From a candidate division FCPU426 bacterium (GTDB taxonomy: Bacteria; Oederibacteriota; Muellerivitia; Muellerivitales; Muellerivitaceae): a stretch of DNA of 64,000 nucleotides. Below, piece after piece: positions 61,016 to 64,000 of the stretch (the first letter of the stretch is position 1; the number at the start of each line of letters is the position of its first letter). The DNA is taken from the NCBI GenBank assembly GCA_963771075.1, contig CAVYSE010000003.1, positions 224,001-288,000 on the forward strand, given 5' to 3'. Both the position numbers and the translations under genes were made by a program. The notes under the pieces were generated by a model. The model saw nothing but the letters and a program-made list of their open reading frames with translations, was not told where the DNA came from and ran no database searches.

Positions 61016-63361
61016 TTGTTCGATTCAAGGGTGCGGTTCCTCGCCTTGCGGCTTTTAATGATTTCCGTTTTGTTCCTGACTCCCCTTCTTTACTTTACCC
61101 CGGCTCATGACCAGTTTGAGTTGCCAAAACTGGTTTTTTTGGCCCTTTCCACCACCCTTATGCTGGCCCTTTCCCTGACTTTTATCAAAAGATCATTCAT
61201 GGGCCCATTGGGAATCGCTCTTTTTCTTCTCTTGGCGGCCCAAATCGTCAGCTCCCTCCCCGGCAACAGCCTCAGTTGGCAGGCAAGCCTGCTTGGAGAT
61301 TACGAAAATTTCTCGGGCATTGCGACTTTTCTCACTTACCTTTCCTGTTTTTTTGCTTTTCTCTCAGCCTTCCAAACCCACCCTGGGGAAAAACCGTTTT
61401 TTTTCATCTCCCTATCCGCTCTTCTTTCCGCCCTTTACGCCTTGGCCCAGCATTTCAATTTGGATTTTGTCCAATGGAACCCTAATACGGTCAATGCCAC
61501 CCGTGAATTCGCTTCTTTGGGTAACCCGAACTTTCTTTCTGCCTTTTTGGCCATGGCACTCCCCCTCTGGCTGGCCTGGCTCAGCGTTAAAAACGTGAAA
61601 ATCCCTAATTCCCCTTCAGCCAACTGGTGGATCGCCTTTGTTTTGGGACTCTCCTTGCTTTACATAAGCACCTTTCGAGGCCACCTTTTTTTAGGTTCAG
61701 GTTTTCCCTCCTGGATGATCGAACTAATTAAACTAGTTGGCCTCCTCTTGTTTTCCTTGGGCTCGGCCAGGCTTCTGTTGTCCGCCCGTTCTTGGTTCAA
61801 AATCCCGGGTTTGGCGATTTTGGCATTGGGACTGGTGAGCACGGGAAGCCGCGGTGGATTTTTCGCCGCGATTTTGGCCTGGTGCCTTTACACGGTCCTT
61901 ACCCTCCAACGGTCGAAGAGCTCGAACTCGGACTTTAAGCCCAAACTTCCGGCCCTTTTCAAAATAATTCTCTTATTGGTATTGCTCCTCCCAATCCTAT
62001 GGGTTGGCCGTTCATTTTTGGACCGTTTTTATCAATCCCTGACCCATATTGGGGAAAGTTTGGCCACTTCCCGCCTCGAGATTTGGCGGCCCGCCTTGAA
62101 AATGGTGGAAGCCCATCCCCTTTGGGGCGTGGGTTTGGATACCTTCAAACCCGCATTTCCCTTTTACAGCGGAATCGGGTTCAACCATATTGACGGAATG
62201 TTTGTCAGCTCCCGCACCGCCCACAATGAAATGCTCCAATTGGCCGCTACAACCGGCTTGGTCGGGCTGGGCGCCTATCTTCTTCTTTGGGGCTTATTTT
62301 TCCTCCTATCCTTCAAGGTCTGGCGAAGCTCGGGGCCGGATTCAAAGAACCTGGCGGCCGGGGTTATGAGTTGCGCGGTCGCTTATCAGCTCCAGAATCT
62401 TTTCAGTTTTGACGTGTCGGCGGTCGGAATGGTCAGTTTTTGGCTTTTGGCCTGGATCGACAATCTCTCCCCTCAACCCATCCTGGCCGAAAACAAAATT
62501 TTAAAATTCCTACGCTACGGTTTTCCGGGCTTGCTCCTGCTCCTCGGCCTTTTCTTTCCACTAACCCGTTTCGTGGCGGATCAGTGTTTTGCACAGGCGG
62601 AGGGCGTGAGCGAATATCTCAAGAAGCCCGGGGCCGAAGCCAAAACGCAGGACCTGTTGGAATTTTCCAATCTGGGAATCCAATGGAACCTGAGGGCGAT
62701 CAATATTTGCCCCCTGGAGGTAAAATACCGGCTTTACTTGGGGCTAGCCTATGAACAACGGGCCCAATTGGACCTGAACCAATCCAACACATGGATGGAA
62801 AAGGCCCTAGATAGCTACCGCCAGGCGGTCTTAATGAGTCCCGCCAACGGTTATTACTATAATGACGAAGGCCGTGTATGCGCCAACCTAGGGGATAGGG
62901 ACCCCGCCTACCGGCCCCAAGCGGTCGAGGCCTATCAACAGGCCGTCCATTGGGCTCCGGCCAGCCCCTTCTTTTGGGTCAACTTAGGGCTCGCCCAGGA
63001 AGAGAACGGGAAACCGGACGAGGCTTCCCAATCATTGAAGACGGCCTTTAGTTTGGACTCCCCCTTTACCGCCCGCTGCTTGGCCCAAGCGGCGGTGCTG
63101 GATTACCAGAACGGAAGGAAAGCCGGAGCCCTGGATAAACTGAGGGTTTCGATGGATGGAAACACGACCATCCCCGAGCCCTACTTTTACCGGGGGTTGA
63201 TCGAGTTGGAGGCCCACCAGAGGGCAGATGCCCTTCGGGACCTTCTGGAGGCAAAAAAAAGAACGGACCCGGCCAATCCGGGAGAGATGTCAAACCTGGA
63301 TGTTTTCATCCAACAGGTCTATCTGCCGGTGCCAAGGCACGCAAAAAGCCAACAACCCTAA
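61016..63361 (+). CDS. O-antigen ligase / O-oligosaccharyltransferase-like (Wzy_C) protein with C-terminal TPRs
   Basis: LGNPNF, TGSRGG, R..IW..A..M...HP.WGVG and AHNE.LQ; TPR-like helices. Confidence 0.85.
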   Translation: MFDSRVRFLALRLLMISVLFLTPLLYFTPAHDQFELPKLVFLALSTTLMLALSLTFIKRSFMGPLGIALFLLLAAQIVSSLPGNSLSWQASLLGDYENFSGIATFLTYLSCFFAFLSAFQTHPGEKPFFFISLSALLSALYALAQHFNLDFVQWNPNTVNATREFASLGNPNFLSAFLAMALPLWLAWLSVKNVKIPNSPSANWWIAFVLGLSLLYISTFRGHLFLGSGFPSWMIELIKLVGLLLFSLGSARLLLSARSWFKIPGLAILALGLVSTGSRGGFFAAILAWCLYTVLTLQRSKSSNSDFKPKLPALFKIILLLVLLLPILWVGRSFLDRFYQSLTHIGESLATSRLEIWRPALKMVEAHPLWGVGLDTFKPAFPFYSGIGFNHIDGMFVSSRTAHNEMLQLAATTGLVGLGAYLLLWGLFFLLSFKVWRSSGPDSKNLAAGVMSCAVAYQLQNLFSFDVSAVGMVSFWLLAWIDNLSPQPILAENKILKFLRYGFPGLLLLLGLFFPLTRFVADQCFAQAEGVSEYLKKPGAEAKTQDLLEFSNLGIQWNLRAINICPLEVKYRLYLGLAYEQRAQLDLNQSNTWMEKALDSYRQAVLMSPANGYYYNDEGRVCANLGDRDPAYRPQAVEAYQQAVHWAPASPFFWVNLGLAQEENGKPDEASQSLKTAFSLDSPFTARCLAQAAVLDYQNGRKAGALDKLRVSMDGNTTIPEPYFYRGLIELEAHQRADALRDLLEAKKRTDPANPGEMSNLDVFIQQVYLPVPRHAKSQQP

Positions 63362-63430
63362 AAGACTAAAACAGCAAAAACTTTTACCAAAACCCGTTGG
63401 CTTATAACAATAGGATCAGGGTTCGAGCCT

Positions 63431-64000
63431 CTAATTCCCTTCATCTGCGTTGGATGAGGTCGAAAGTTTAAGTGACGAATCAAGCTCAATCTCCACCCGA
63501 TCATCCCCAAGCAAAAGGGCGATTTCCCTCAGGAACCCTTTGGTGGGCTTCACGCTGAATTCCGGTCCCGCCTCGACCACGACCAACCCATGGTGTCCCG
63601 TTTGAAGCTTGAACCTCACCGCCGCCTTCCCGGGATGCCTCTGGCAGACGCTTTGAACATTGGGCAGGAGCGTGTCATCCAGCCCCACGACGTTCAGTTC
63701 CAGGCTCACGCGCTTGGCCCATTTCACTCCCATTTCATTGATATCGATTACGTCGTTCGCCACTACCTGGAGCCGGTTCCCGGTCTTATCCAGCCTTCCC
63801 CTGAGGGCCACCAGCCGATCCTTTTCCAAAAGGCCGTGAAATTTCCGGTAAGTCTCGGGCCAAGCGATGACTTCCACGTGGGTGTGAAGGTCTTCCAGCA
63901 CGAACCGGCCGAATTCCTCCTTACTTTTGCGTGAGAGGGTCTTGGAGAAACTGCGGATCAACCCGCCGATGCGCACATCCGCGCCGTCCGGGTATTCCTC
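63431..64000 (-). CDS. dnaE: DNA polymerase III alpha subunit, C-terminal part (OB fold)
   Basis: GG.I.......K.....F.LED.....E...W...Y pattern and C-terminal ..HPG...V domain; ORF runs off the window. Confidence 0.8.
   Translation of the reverse strand, partial: EEYPDGADVRIGGLIRSFSKTLSRKSKEEFGRFVLEDLHTHVEVIAWPETYRKFHGLLEKDRLVALRGRLDKTGNRLQVVANDVIDINEMGVKWAKRVSLELNVVGLDDTLLPNVQSVCQRHPGKAAVRFKLQTGHHGLVVVEAGPEFSVKPTKGFLREIALLLGDDRVEIELDSSLKLSTSSNADEGN

Overview
A 64-kb bacterial chromosomal segment, mostly moderately GC-rich with AT-rich intergenic stretches, from a diderm (TonB-dependent receptor, OprB-type porin, autotransporter). It contains about 47 CDSs. Housekeeping and stress genes include an rpoD-type sigma factor, clpB, hrpB, the dnaE 3' end, two def paralogs, orn, galE, speE with an Arg/Lys/Orn decarboxylase, msrB and rubrerythrin. 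There is also a c-di-GMP set (two GAF-GGDEF proteins, one PilZ) and many envelope genes. Notable observations: (1) three large secreted proteins with very long Thr/Pro linkers, two of which end in the same T9SS-CTD-like C-terminal domain (YPxP...FTxxFRK...NGxYY...KxLILR), alongside GT-C/PMT-like glycosyltransferases; (2) a 1000-bp element with an HUH/Y1 RAYT-like transposase plus C-terminal HTH, bounded by perfect 25-bp inverted repeats; (3) two paralogs of an unrecognised Trp-rich secreted domain; (4) several unexplained structured leaders, including an attenuator-like leader before the rpoD-type gene; (5) CACAGAG-type REP-like repeats around the autotransporter. Three frameshifts at short G runs (clpB, second def, a membrane protein) are probably sequencing errors. 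I saw no rRNA, intact tRNA or CRISPR array. The gene style suggests an uncultured lineage such as FCPU426 or a relative, but this is inference only.
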